DNA of 64,000 nt from Eledone cirrhosa. Its lineage: Eukaryota. The first letter of the stretch is position 1, and every line of letters starts with the position of its first letter. The translations under genes and the position numbers were made by a program. Below, piece after piece: positions 40,764 to 54,409 of this stretch. The notes under the pieces were generated by a model, which saw only the letters and a program-made list of their open reading frames with translations, ran no database searches and was not told the DNA's origin. The stretch is from positions 40,176,001-40,240,000 of the forward strand of contig OZ024751.1 of the NCBI GenBank assembly GCA_964016885.1, read 5' to 3'.

Positions 40764-40976
40764 CTAGTTACTGTGTAAACTTTATATATGTAATTCTCTA
40801 TGAATGAGGGCAAAGCAGTTTTATTATTTCTCTTATCGCTCCCTCTACTGGTTAATGTAAACTTTGTTGGGTGTAGTGTTTACATTATACATGTGTGAGT
40901 GTGTGTCGATATATATATGTGTGTGTGTGTGTATATATATATACATGTACACGTGTGTGTATGATTATATATGTAC

Positions 40977-41036
<60 letters not shown>

Positions 41037-41068
41037 GGAGGCACATATATATATATATATACACACAT

Positions 41069-41410
41069 GGAGGCACATGGCTTAGTGGTTAGAGCATTGG
41101 CCTTGCAATCGAAAGGTTGTTAGTTCAATTCTCAGACCGGGTGATGTGTTGTTTCCTTGAGCAAGACACTTTATTTGACATTGCTCCAGTTTACTCAGCT
41201 GTAGAAATGAGATGATAGGGACTAGGGTCCCTATCATTCCACTGCAAAGTGGTCGTGGAGGTGCAACGGCAAAAAAGCACCCAGCACTCACTGTAAATGA
41301 GGTTGATGTTAGGAAGGGCAACCAGCTGTAGAAATCAAGCCAGAATCAGTTCCCGTCCCACCCTTGCAAGCAGGGAAAAAGCGGACGTAAAATGAAATGA
41401 TGATGATGAT
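41069..41410 (+). mobile_element. CORE-type tRNA SINE, full length
   Basis: Near-identical to 60417-60750. Confidence 0.92.
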
Positions 41411-41564
41411 ATATATACACATGTTTGTATGTGTATGATTATGTATGTTTATGTGTGTGATGGTGGTAGGAAGCTGTTGGCAAACCTGGTCTACCATATG
41501 GGGTCAATTCTTCATTCAAGCCTGATTTTAGTAGAGAAAAATACTCTCTGTTCAATACTATTTA

Positions 41565-42060
41565 ATGTGGTAGACAATTGAATGAGCTCGACTGGCATCA
41601 GTGGCTGATCCAGCTGGATCAATTGGAGATACTTGCTTCTGACACGACCAGCTGGAACATGTGCTTCAGGACTCTTCCCACACGACCCTGCATTAACCTC
41701 TGTACCCAGTCCTCCTTCCCATCTCTGGAATTCTCCCCCATATCTCTTTCTCCTTGCCAATCTCAAGCCCTGCCCGAAACACTATGTCCAGTCCTTCCAC
41801 TCCAGGACATCAACTGTTCGGTTCTCCCCATCTTACTCATGCATCCTCTCCCATCATCAACACTCATTCTGCTTCCCATTTCAAGCCCTACAGTAACCAT
41901 TACACCCAGTCATTTCTGCTCAGAGCATCACCGCATTTGGAACTTCTCCTCTTCCTCCATGTTGTATATCCAACCCACCCATGCCCAGCACTAACAAGTT
42001 TGCCCTTTCCTTCCCTTCCAGCCCAAAATGTCAATGCTCTAACTTCTTCCCTCTCCAACT
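41565..42060 (+). mobile_element. Degenerate LINE remnants: Expander-like at 41565-41695, probable CR1/Jockey-like C-terminus at 41700-42050
   Basis: IQLDQLEILASD..W...RTLPTRP; then NHYTQSFL..AS / RIWN fragments across frameshifts. Confidence 0.45.
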
Positions 42061-42214
42061 TAACTCATCCCTTGCTTGAAACCAGCATAAGCTCCAGGCC
42101 TTCTTCCAACCCATGCCAACATGGAAAAAAAACAGCTGTAAAACCAAAGAAAGAAACGCAACACAACACAATACAAAGCAATAACTATTGTTTTATATAT
42201 TTGTGTGTTGTGTG

Positions 42215-42289
<75 letters not shown>

Positions 42290-43242
42290 TACTTTTTAAT
42301 CATAGTTCTATATTTAGATTCATTATCATTACTATCAGTCAGTGAAACGATAATGTCTGCCATTTGGGGTGTGGTTGATTTACTTCTGAAGCTGGTGAGC
42401 CTGATATCTCAGTGATTTATCTACACCAGTGCCTTCTATACTTATACTTATCTAGTTTTATATTATATATATATTTCTTAACTGATCAAGAGCATGTAAC
42501 TTTATCGTTGCCTGGTTTGTCCATGTGTATTTCTGTAAGAGATTTAGGGTAAATCAACATATGCACTGCTTACTACTTAAAAGAGGATCATTTTTCCACT
42601 ACAACCACCACCATTACCCGCCTCTCGCTCTCTTTCTATCTATCTATCTCCCCGTGGTGGTGAAGAATGTTTGAAGTGAACTGCAGTGTGCTAGACAATA
42701 GAATTCTGTAACAAAAGAATTACTAACAGTTGTTAGTATTCTTCATTACTTAGCCTCACCCAAATGAGGTAATATCCTTTTAATCTTTTTTTTTTTTTTA
42801 ACTTGTGGGTGGTTGGTATTTATTACATATCAGCTGGGGGTATCTGGTTGATTTTATAAACCCTAAAATGTTTATTTAACCCCTTTATTACTGACATTGG
42901 TTCATTATTGTTTTAATGTCCATTTTTTCCATGCTGGCATGGGTTAGACTGGATGTTTTGAGAAAATGTTTTACTGCCAGATGCCCTTTTTGTTGCCTCT
43001 TACAAAATGTAGGAGCATGGTTGGGATACATACAGGGTTAGATTTAAACATTGAGGGACCCCAGGGCACTTCAGGAGAACTATAACCAACAAGTGGTGGT
43101 AGTGGTTGATGGGGAGGGGGTTAGACATGAGTATATATGGTAAGTTTAGGAACCACGAGTCTATGGAGTTTGTCTTCTCAACTCAGATAAACAAAGTGTT
43201 ATAAAAAGCAAAATAAAATAAAATAAAATAAAAGCCCCTTAA

Positions 43243-43472
43243 CCCTTTTGATATGAAACTGCCTGAAAACTTCCCTCATTCTACAAATACAAAACTGTTT
43301 CATTCAAAAAAACCTTACACCATAGTTTTATGTTAAACACTTTATGTTCCAAACACCATCTTAGTTATGAAAAAGTTAGTTATTTTACTAAATTCTTCCA
43401 AATTCTTGATTATTTTCAAAATGATTTGAAAACCATAGACTGTTTTTCATTAGAAATATGGTAACAAAAGAG
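43243..43472. mobile_element. piggyBac-like MITE, family B. Other copies at about 21320-21550, 23057-23463, 48934-49193 and 62528-62753.
   Basis: ttaa|cccttttgata...ggtaacaaaagag|ttaa. Confidence 0.68.
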
Positions 43473-44041
43473 TTAATGTTATCTAAAAAAATCTTTATAT
43501 CATCATTTTATATGAGAAACTTTGTTCTAAACACCATTTTAATAATTAGAAAGTTAATTACAAATTCTTGATTATTTTCAAAATTACTTGAAAAACAGGC
43601 AGTCTTTCATTAGAAATATGTTAAGAAACGGTTTAGCCTTGGTTTGGTTGAGAACATTCATAGGCTGCGGGACATAGTTGTGCTTTTTTTTTTTTATCTA
43701 GAATTAATTTAAAGAATCTAAAATAAAGGAGACCATTAAAAACAAAACAAAAACCAGTCTGTCAAGCTGTTAGTTAGTTTTTAGTGAGTCTTTTATGTCA
43801 CATATATATCTGCTGATTAAGGGTTCTTTGTTGTGAGTTGAGCATAAAGGCAATAAGTTTAATACGGTGAAATATGTGAGGAATGTGTCCTTCAGTATAA
43901 AGTTGTTGAATGAGGGCTGTTATTTATGTTGAAGAGAACAAGTAAAGGAAGGTGAAAAGGTATGAATAGTTTAAAAAAATGTTAATGTGATGTTTTATTT
44001 CATTTTTTTTCATGTCTTGCATTTTGTAAGCAATATAGCCT

Positions 44042-44900
44042 CATAGGTTTCGAACAGACCACCCGCTGGTTCACACAATACAGCTTTATTGGACATAGGT
44101 TTCCAACAGACCACTCTCTGGTTCCCACAATACAGCTTTATTGGACATAGGTTTCCAACAGACCACTCTCTGGTTCCCACAATACAGCTTTATTGGACAT
44201 AGGTTTCCAACAGACCACTCTCTGGTTCCCACAATACAGCTTTATTGGACATAGGTTTCCAACAGACCACTCTCTGGTTCCCACAATACAGCTTTATTGG
44301 ACATAGGTTTCCAACAGACCACTCTCTGGTTCACACAATACAGCTTTATTGGACATAGGTTTCCAACAGACCACTCTCTGGTTCCCACAATACAGCTTTA
44401 TTGGACATAGGTTTCCAACAGACCACTCTCTGGTTCCCACAATACAGCTTTATTGGACATAGGTTTCCAACAGACCACTCTCTGGTTCCCACAATACAGC
44501 TTTATTGGACATAGGTTTCCAACAGACCACTCTCTGGTTCCCACAATACAGCTTTATTGGACATAGGTTTCCAACAGACCACTCTCTGGTTCACACAATA
44601 CAGCTTTATTGGTCATAGGTTTCCAACAGACCACTCTCTGGTTCACACAATACAGCTTTATTGGTCATAGGTTTCCAACAGACCACTCTCTGGTTCCCAC
44701 AATACAGCTTTATTGGACATAGGTTTCCAACAGACCACTCTCTGGTTCACACAATACAGCTTTATTGGTCATAGGTTTCCAACAGACCACTCTCTGGTTC
44801 CCACAATACAGCTTTATTGGACATAGGTTTCCAACAGGTCACTCGCTAGGTCATGTAATACAGCTTTATAAGTTATAGGTTTCCAACTGACCACTCATTG
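44042..44900. repeat. 52-bp minisatellite, about 16 copies (cataggtttccaacagaccactctctggttcccacaatacagctttattgga)
   Basis: Directly visible, with a homogeneous interior and divergent ends. Confidence 0.97.
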
Positions 44901-45039
44901 GTTCACTCTATTGTCTGATAATGATGATGGTATGATGATAATGATGGCATTAGTGGTGGTGGGGATAATGGTTGTGCTGGTGATGATGATAGCAGTGGTA
45001 GTGTTGGGAATGGTGGTAGTGGTAAGATAATAATCATAG

Positions 45040-45255
45040 CAGTGATGGTGGTGGTGGTGGTTGTGGTGATGGCATTGGTGGTGGTGGTGGTGTCAGTAGT
45101 GATGATGGCAGTGGTAGTGGTGGTGGTGTCAGTAGTGATGATGGCAGTGGTGGTGGTGGTGTTGTCAGTAGTGATGATGGTGGTGGTGGTGGTGTCAGTA
45201 GTGATGATGGCAGTGGTGGTGGTGGTGGTGTCAGTAGTGATGATGGCAGTGGTGA
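45040..45255. repeat. (gtg)n-tcagtagtgatgatggca compound repeat
   Basis: Directly visible, period about 30-36 bp. Confidence 0.85.
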
Positions 45256-45870
45256 CAGCTGGCATAAGTAAGAGGAAAGTAAAGTATATAAGATATTTAT
45301 CTATGAGAGAGATATTTAAAGTAGCCAGGACTATAAGTTGTTAGATAAGTGAGATGTTATTCTGGTGGACTGATATGTCAAGGTTGACATGTTAAAGAGG
45401 AAGAAATTAAATTCCATTTGTTGTTGTTGTTTAGCCCCAGGTCAAACCTTATCAAGTAGACCTACCTACAATCAAAGACATCCTTGTCTAAGGCTACCTA
45501 CGATTACATTAAGATGGTGGCATGAGATTTGAAAAACATTTGGCCACTATTTCTAAACTGTCTTCTTCTTTTTTGTGTGTATGTGTTTGTTTATATATAT
45601 ATATATATAATATATATATATAAAGCAAAGAGATATTTAATTTGTTGGTTATTCAACAAATTTATTTATAACAGATTCGAAGCACTCTACAGGTTTTCTG
45701 GAGTATAATATCAATGATATTAATAAATGGAAACTATATTTATAAAACCATATTTATTTTATTATATATGTTTCAAGGGTACCAACATTTTGGTATGCTT
45801 TCATCAGATAAAATACAAAATTTGTTTTATATATGGTGACATACCCAAGAAACCACACCTTATTGGTTCA

Positions 45871-45923
<53 letters not shown>

Positions 45924-46617
45924 GTTTGTGTGTGTTTGTTTGTCTATGTGTATGTTTGTATATATGAATATGCCTGTGTTTGTGTATGTCTGTATATGAA
46001 TATGCCTGTGTGTGTGTGTGTATGTATGTTTGTCTCTGTGTCTACATGTGTGCCTGTGGCTCCATGCACCATTGTATTGACACCACTTGGTCAACTGGTA
46101 ACATTTGTTTGTGTACGTCATAAACAATTTCTCCAAGGTGTGGCAGTAAAGGTGATACATCAGTCACAGTTCTCTTTGGTGCACCTACCTACATAATTAT
46201 AATGAACCTGTCACAGCTGTGTGTTGTATTGTTATTACATATAAGGAAGTTATGAGGTATAAAGCCGCCCAGCCTGAATATGTTGGACAGCTGGAGGTGT
46301 TGATTATGACAATCACCCCACCACACTTCTAATATGTACCAAATGACAGAAATTTACCAGGTTAAGGGTGATGGTGGCTGGTGGTGGTAGGAGGCACAGT
46401 TGGATGATAGTTACTTTCAATGTACTAATTAGTGATTGCACCAACATAACCTGATTCAGAATGAGGGTGTATTATATAGACTCATGCATTATGTTTTATG
46501 TATGATGATGATGATAATGATAATCTTCATCATTATCATCATCATTTAATTTAATGTCAGTTTTCCCTGCTAGCAAGTGTTGAAAGGGTCATCACAGACT
46601 GAGTCAGTGCTCATGTG

Positions 46618-46915
46618 CAGGACTGGATTTCATGGGGGGACAAAGGAGGCAATTGACCCCAGGGCCCCTCCAATATGTGGGAAGGGGGCACCAGCGATAG
46701 CCGTAGCAATTTATTTGTGCCCTCAGCTGTGCTTTTTAGTTTTAGTATGGTTAGAATTTTTGAATTTGATATCTGTATGTATAACTTTCCAGTTCCAATT
46801 ACTTACGCCAAGCTAACTTTGATATGTAAAATTGGGGAGTTTGCTGTGTAGAAGCACCCAGCCCCAACCCCCACCTGAAGTGCGTCAGGACCCCCTAGGT
46901 TTAAATCCAACCCTG
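46618..46915. mobile_element. hAT-type MITE, 298 bp, with 8-bp TSD
   Basis: TIRs caggactggattt / aaatccaaccctg. Perfect TSD ctcatgtg at 46610-46617 and 46916-46923. Confidence 0.88.
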
Positions 46916-49900
46916 CTCATGTGGAGCTACTGACCTCTCAGATGTGCTGATGACTTGCAACTTGCTTACATATGATCCTGCACTCTACCAAGAGTCTTTT
47001 ATCATGTCACCAACACGAGTCCTCTCGACCCTTTGGCAGGTTTTCGACAACTAGGTGCCCTAGCATACATTTAATCTTGCTGTGGGTATTTTAAGTTGAC
47101 AGAAACAAAGGGTTTTGGTTTGTTAGACTCAAGTGAATATTAGACAAAAAGTCTTGCTGTCTTTAGTTACAATCCTTTGTGTTCTGTGTTCAAATCTCAC
47201 CGAGGTCAACTTTGCCTTTCCTTCTTCTAAGGTCCATAAAGTAAAGGACCAGACAACCATTGGAGTCTATGTAAATGACTGTTCTCCCACCCCTACCCAC
47301 AAATTGCTGGCCTTGTGCCTAAATTAGATCCCATTATTGTATTTATTTATTTATTCATTATTATTTTTTTTATTATATATGAATATTTCAGTACGTGCAT
47401 TACTGCAAGTAAAAATAAAAATAAATTTTTTTCTGTTTTGTTTTTGTTGGAAAAAATCTACTTTTATGTAAATATTTGTGAGACAAAATTCTGTGCAACC
47501 TGGGAAGTATATATACAAACATTTATAAAAAATATATATAAATATGTATATATTTTTATCTTCTTCTCTCAACACCACCACCACCTCACTCCTCCATTTG
47601 TCATATGTTGCTCTTCCACTCTGTAACCCCCCCCCCCCCCCCCCCCCCCCAACCACCACCTCCCTGTAGTAGCTGTATTGGTAGGTTTTACTACTTTGCT
47701 TTTGCTGCTCCTGTTTTTCAAGCCAGCACCACCAACAAGCGGTCCAATGAATGTGTTGTTAATATCATGTATGATAGATAGATAGATATAGATATATATA
47801 TATATCTAGAGAGAGAGAGAGAGTGACAGTCGAAAAAGTACAGCAATCTCTCAGCTGTCCAACTTTCACGCCCTCTTTCCCTTCTAATTCACTTCACTCT
47901 AAACTTCTTACTAAACTAAACTTACTTTCATAGCTCCTTCATTCTTCATCGTCCTCATTTCCTTCCCACTTTGGTGGGAGGGGGTTTATTTATACTTGCT
48001 TTATAAGGTAACCAACTATGTTTTTTTTTTTTTCATTCTTTAAAATCCTCTTTATTTGTTGTCTGATTGTTAGAAACTGTTTAAAACTTCCTTAGTAATG
48101 ACTAAATATTTTTTTTCATTATATTTTCTTCATTTAATCTCTCTCTCTCTCTCTCACCCTGGGGGAAATATGACAGTTGTTATGTCTTATGTTTACACTG
48201 AAAAAAAAAAGAAATGTTGATATCTAGGGCAATGACTATGTAGCAGGGCAACCAAATTGATTTGTAGTTGATATCTATAAATATATTAATTTTTATTTTG
48301 AAACACATACAAATTTTCTTTTAGGGGTATCATACATAACATCCCCCCCTTAAAGAACCCCACCACCAAAACAATAACACCCTCAAACACCCCATATATT
48401 TGAAGAATACGTGTGTGTATGTATATATATATATATATATATTGTTTGCTTTGTTATTTGTGTTTGGATTTTACTCTATCCTTATATTATTTAAAATTCC
48501 TTTAATACTGAATGCTAGCTTCCCCTCTATTTCCTCATATATAGTTTAACACTTCTTTAATAATAACTGAATAATATTATTTTTATTATTTTTACTTCAT
48601 TTTCTTTCTATCTTTCATATAGTTTTGGAAATGAATATGACCATGAGATATGTCAGTTTGTTTAGAGACCCCTATCTGTTGTAATTACATGTTTAGACAG
48701 CCATATCTCTTGTACATAGATGTTTAGAGAGCCTTATCTCTTTTACGTAGATGTTTAGGGACCTCTATCGTTTGTACTTACATGTTTAGAGGCTCTCCAC
48801 TTAGATGAAACCCTTATATTTGGGGGAAGATGGCAGCAGGCCAGATAGATATATTTTTATTTTCATATTTATAAATATATTTATTTTAGTTCATTTTTTG
48901 TAGAATATACTTATTACCAATAAAACATATTAACCCTTTGATACAAAACTGCCTGAAATCATCCCTGTTTTGTTTTTATTGTTATGGTAAAAAAAAAAAT
49001 ATTTTAAAGTGTTTTTTATATTTACCTAAAAACCTCCTGTCATAATTTTATGTATAAGCCATTGTTAAGTTGTGTTTGTAAGTCTAGCTTAACAATGAAA
49101 CATTTAGATATAATATTAGATTCCTGCAAATCTTCGAAAATTACTTGAAAATTCTAGACCATGTCTTTCATTAGAAGTATGGTAACAAAAGGGTTATTTT
49201 GGGTAGCATACATGTAAAGACAACAACAAACAAAATAACAACCTTAATGTAAAGACAACAACAAACAAAATAACAACCTTAATCTCCAATATTTCATGAA
49301 TACTAATGAACTGATATATTTATATTTATTTATTTTCCATATATAAATACTTTATTTTTTTTTACTTTATTTTTTCTCCTGTTTATACAGTTTTGGTGAA
49401 TTTTCTCTGGAGATATGACAGTTTGTTTGGACTCTTGTATTTACATGAAAATGTTCTATATATATATATTTAGGGCAAGGGCAACATATTTAGAGTTGTT
49501 ACAGGACAGATAACAGTTATATTTATTTCATACTTATATAAAGCCTCTGATATCAATGCACCCGAAACCTCCCTAATTCTATGATGAGAAACCTTTTGTT
49601 TTAAAGTATTTATATTTAAATTTAAACTAATGTTATGGAAGAATATTTTAGTTAAGCCTTTCAAAATCGTATTCTAATTAAATGTATTTGAATTAACGAA
49701 GAATTTGGAAGGATTTACTAAAATTATTAATTATTTTATTCTTAAGATAGTATTTTTAATACAATTTATCAAAAGTTTCTCATGTCAAATTATAGCAGGA
49801 GGTTTGAATTTAAGTAAATACCTGTCAAAATGGGTGGTTTTGTTTCCTAGAACCAGAGGCAGTTTTAACTGGGTTGGAATTATTTACTAAATGTTTAGTT

Positions 49901-50398
49901 ATTTTACTAAATCCCTTCAAACTGTTGATTATTTACAACATTAATTGAGAAAACATGGTTGATGTCTTCCATTAGAAATATGGCATCAAAAGGGTTAATT
50001 TTATCTTACTGGGTATCATATATGTAAAAACATTAAAAAATAACAAAAGACTCCCCAATATTTCATATTGATTTCTAATTTAGACACAAGTCATCAATTT
50101 TGACTGGTATTTGATTGGCCTTGGATGGATGAAAGGCAAAGTTGACTCTGGCGCAATTTTAAGTCAGAATGTAAAGAGCCAGAACCAATATTTCAATGGT
50201 ATTTTTACCTGTCGCTCTACCAATTCTGCCAATCCATCACCTGAATTTCACAAATAATACTGAAACCTATTTCTGTTTACATGTAAACTATATGCCGTTT
50301 ATACTCGAATATTCCTCGGCTTATATAGTGTGGTTTGTAAATTCACACATTTATAATATCTTTACTGGTGAGCATGTCATTGTGAAAGATTGTATTAA

Positions 50399-50616
50399 CC
50401 CTTTAGCATTTAAACTGGCTATATCCGACCAGAATTATCTCACCTCTTTCTGTTCAAACTGGCCGTAACTGGCTGCTCATAGTAATGTTAAGGTATTGTT
50501 CTCAAAATGAATATCAAAATCTCATAGATTCAATATTATGTGAGATAATTATGAGAGATGAAGTCTTTACAACAAAAATACGATAGTATATATAGAGTAA
50601 TGTAAATGCTAAAGGG
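50399..50616. mobile_element. piggyBac-like MITE, family A, opposite orientation to the copy at 25935
   Basis: ttaa|ccctttagcattta...taaatgctaaaggg. Confidence 0.78.
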
Positions 50617-50813
50617 TTACATAAAGTAAAAAAAACTTCAGTTTTTAATGTAATGCAGTCATAGTGTTGTTTACTACTTTTTAAGAATGTCTTGCTACTA
50701 TGCAACTTCATGTGGTACAGCACGTTAGGAGTTAATATATATATTTGTTAGGAGTTCTATATATTTATCCTGTGTATTTCCTTACTCAGTGATTCTTTCT
50801 GTTTCTTCTCCAG

Positions 50814-50880
50814 TTACCCACGGCTGTATTATAGCAGCAGTTACATTATTTCATCCAGATGGACGAGAAGCGAAACCTAC
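50814..50880 (+). CDS. SLMAP: SLMAP exon 3 (ITHGCIIAAVTLFHPDGREAKPT)
   Basis: ttctccag acceptor, ac|gtatgt donor, phase 1 to 2, matches SLMAP VTHGCI...LFxPDG. Confidence 0.94.
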
Positions 50881-51159
50881 GTATGTACTATTTCTGTCTT
50901 AAGACTTTCTCGAGATTTGGTTTTATTCAGGGGCTTTTTTTTTGGGGGGGGGTCCCTTTTGTATATATATTATCTATTTTGTATTTATTTTTTATTTCCT
51001 TGTTTTCTGCACTATTTCATCTCCATATCCTTGTTATACACACATAACACATACATACACCCACTCAAATATATACATACATATATATATATATATATAA
51101 CACACACATATATACACACACACACACTTCTTTGTTTCCCTCTAGTAATTGTTAATGTT

Positions 51160-52157
51160 GATTTGTTTCTATTTTTGACACAAGGCCAGCAATTACTCCC
51201 CCAGTACATTACTGGGGCTTTATTTTATTGACCCTGTAAGGATGAAAGGCAAAGTTAGCATTGGCGAGATTTGAACCCAGAACGTAAGGGGCCATAACTC
51301 TATGCTGTAAAGCATGGTGTTTGACGCTCTACTGATACTACCAATCTACATAATGATAGTTTTAATAGATATTTGTTGATTGGATAATCTTTTCACACAT
51401 ACATGCACACACACACACATACACACACACATACACATACACACACACATACACACACATACACACACATACACACACATATACACACATGTACAGACAA
51501 TTCTATCTTTGGATGCCAACTTTGCCTCTCATCCTTCCAGGGTTGATAAAATAAAGTACCAGTCATGTACTGGGATGTCAATATCAATTTTCCCCTTCCC
51601 TCAAGTTGCTGGGCTTCGTACATAAATTAATAAAATAAAGTACCAGTAATACACTGGGTAATTGCTGGCCTTGTGCCTAACGTAGAAACAATCATTATTG
51701 CATCAGAGGGCGGTGGATTGGCAGTATCGGTAGAGCGTTGGACACTATGCTTTACAACATAGAGTTACGTCCTTTTACCTTCTGAGTGCAAACCCCGCCG
51801 GGGTTAGCTTTGCCTTTCATCCTTACGAGGTTGATAAAATAAAGTACCAGTAATGCACTGGGGTTGATTTAATCGACTTTCACCTTCCCTTCAAATTACT
51901 TGTCTTCTGCCTAAAGTAGAAACAATTATTACATATACCAGTAATGCACTGGGTAATTGCTGGCCTTGTGCCTAAAGTAGAAACAATTATTACATATACC
52001 AGTAATGCACTGGGTAATTGCTGGCCTTGTGCCTAAAGTAGAAACAATTATTACATATACCAGTAATGCACTGGGTAATTGCTGGCCTTGTGCGTAAAGT
52101 AGAAACAATTATTACATATACCAGTAATGCACTGGGTAATTGCTGGCCTTGTGCCTA
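51160..52157. mobile_element. Meta-like SINE cluster: minus copy 51160-51350, plus copies 51515-51930, then 4 x 61-bp tandem copies of the SINE tail
   Basis: taccagtaatgcactgggtaattgctggccttgtgcctaaagtagaaacaattattacata repeated with period 61. Confidence 0.88.
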
Positions 52158-52267
52158 AAGTAGAAACAATTATTATTGTGTTAGGTTTTTTTTAAAGATT
52201 TTAGAAAATTTCTTTTCTGTTTTGATTTAAAAAAAACAAAAAACAATGTTTAAAAAATATTTTCCAG

Positions 52268-52370
52268 ATATTCCGATACTATTTTGAACAATACTTCTAT
52301 AACGGCCCCATCGGCTCCTGGAATTACCATAGATTCTCAAGAATTGTACCAACTGGCTCAATATCTTCAG
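52268..52370 (+). CDS. SLMAP: SLMAP exon 4 (YSDTILNN...DSQELYQLAQYLQ)
   Basis: tttccag acceptor, cag|gtcagt donor, phase 2 to 0. Confidence 0.93.
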
Positions 52371-52941
52371 GTCAGTACTTTGTCTGTAATATTAAGAAAG
52401 TAGATTTTTTTGTGAAATATCATGTGGTTAACCCTTTAGCTTTTAAACTGGCCATACCCAGCCAGAATCACCTTTATTCTTGTATTTATATATTGTTTCG
52501 ACTTATGTTTTTTCTTATACTCTCTCAATCACTTTTCTTTTTTCCTTTTTAGAATTGTTTATACCGATTCTGCCCCTCTCTTTTCCCTCCTCTCCTCTCT
52601 CATGCTTTCTCTTCCCTTCTGTCATTCCTCCCTCACCTCCCACTTCTATCCTCACCTTTTTCTCCCAGTCCTACCCTTGATACTTATCTCTTTACCCACC
52701 CACCCCTGTATTTTTCCTCTTCCACCCTCATCCCCTCTCTACCACCACCTCCACTAATCTGACCCCACCTCCTTCCAATCCCTTTCTCCCCAAACATTCT
52801 GTTGTTCTTACCAGCACCTTCTTCAATCTCACCTTTCCATCTATCTCCTCATCTCTCCCAGCCCCTACCTGACCTTATCATTAGAGTCTGTTGAAATAAA
52901 CCCGATGTGTGATAATATCCAATGTAATAATATAATTACAG

Positions 52942-53037
52942 GAAGCCCTCCTTCGGGAGCAGATGTTGGAACGGAAGCTTTCCACATTGCAATCCCTTGT
53001 ACAGCACACGCAAAAAGCTTCAGAAAATGGCTGGCAG
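52942..53037 (+). CDS. SLMAP: SLMAP exon 5 (EALLREQMLERKLSTLQSLVQHTQKASENGWQ)
   Basis: attacag acceptor (pyrimidine-poor), cag|gtgaga donor, 96 nt, phase 0-0. Confidence 0.94.
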
Positions 53038-53696
53038 GTGAGACTTTTTTTTTTATTAGACTTGGTGTTGTTGTTATTGATTAAACTTCTAAGCTATTTC
53101 AGTTTCCTTTTTATTAATAAAAGATATATATTAAAAAATTAAAAAAGTGAACACCCTAATCCCTTTTGGGGACTAATTTCTGTATATCACACCTCCATTT
53201 TAGTATGTCATACCTCCATTTTACAGCCAACATTGTTGGCTCAATTCTTGACTCACACATAATGTTTTGTAGGCCTAGTTGATATGTCATACCTCCATTT
53301 TACATACAACATTCTGGCTCAGTTCTTGACTTCCATATATGGTCTTTTAGGTTCAGTTGGTAAGACATACCACTGAATCTTACAACCTTCTTGGCTCAGA
53401 TCTTGACTCACATAATGTGACCTTACATTCTCAACTCAGTTCTTGACTCAAACATATAAGGTTTTGTAGGTCAAGTTTAGATGTCACATGCTAGATTTTG
53501 CATGTTCCTTCCTTCCTGAAAAAAGGTTATACTAATACACACATATATACACTATTTAGAAATGTGAATTGCTGCTTATATAGCCAAATGGTTAAGAAGG
53601 GTCTATTTACTTGTCTTGTTGTGTATATGTGTTGATGTATATGTATATATACCAATGTATGTGTGTATACTTATGTATGTAATATTATTATTTCAG

Positions 53697-53768
53697 GCTC
53701 TAATTGACGAAGATCGGTTACTATCGCGGTTAGAGGTTTTGGAAAGTCAATTAGTTATTTATTCAAAG
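53697..53768 (+). CDS. SLMAP: SLMAP exon 6 (ALIDEDRLLSRLEVLESQLVIYSK)
   Basis: tttcag acceptor, aag|gtaaat donor, near-invariant SLMAP motif ALIDEDRLLSRLEV. Confidence 0.96.
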
Positions 53769-53882
53769 GTAAATATTTCTTCCTACCTTCAGTCAGTAAA
53801 TGTGGTTGGCATTGGGAAGGGCGGGCATCCATTAGGGGATGTATTTTATTAGAAATGTGTCAACGAATGAGTTAATGTTCTT

Positions 53883-54277
53883 CATCATCATCATCATCAT
53901 CACCGTTTTACATCCGTTCTTCCGCACTAGCATGGGTTAGACGGGTTGTCCTGTTGTGGGCAATGTCCAGTTGGCTGACTTTGTCTTGTTCATACGGGAA
54001 CTGATTCTGGCTTGATTTCTACAGCTGGATGCCCTTCCTAACACCAACCTCATTTACAATGAGTGCTGGGTGCTTTTTTGCCGTGGCACCTCCACGACCA
54101 CTTTGCAGTGGAATGATATGGACCCCAGTCCTATCATCTCATTTCTACAGCTGAGTAAACTGGAGCAATGTTAAATAAAGTGTCTTGCTCAAGGAAACAA
54201 CACATCACCCGGAATTGAACTCACAACCTTTCGATTGCAAGCCCAATGCTCTAACCACTAAGCCATGTGCCTTCACA
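53883..54277 (-). mobile_element. CORE-type tRNA SINE, full length, in SLMAP intron 6
   Basis: Reverse complement of the family at 11391. Confidence 0.92.
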
Positions 54278-54331
54278 ATGTTCATTACAAATTGTAAGCA
54301 TTTTAGCTCTACTGCTGTTGTTTCTTTACAG

Positions 54332-54409
54332 AACCATGGTGAAGATACCTTACGCCAAGAACTAGTTGCTTTACAAGATGACAAACACCATTATGAAATT
54401 ACAGCAAAG
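54332..54409 (+). CDS. SLMAP: SLMAP exon 7 (NHGEDTLRQELVALQDDKHHYEITAK)
   Basis: tttacag acceptor, aag|gtttgt donor, 78 nt. Confidence 0.94.

Noticed and set aside
41069-41145. tRNA genes at SINE heads (also 11391, 18927, 54200, 60417)
   Set aside because: A/B boxes are present, but the sequences continue into SINE core and tail and give no convincing cloverleaf
44042-44900. CRISPR-like array
   Set aside because: No variable spacers; it is a pure tandem repeat in a eukaryotic intron
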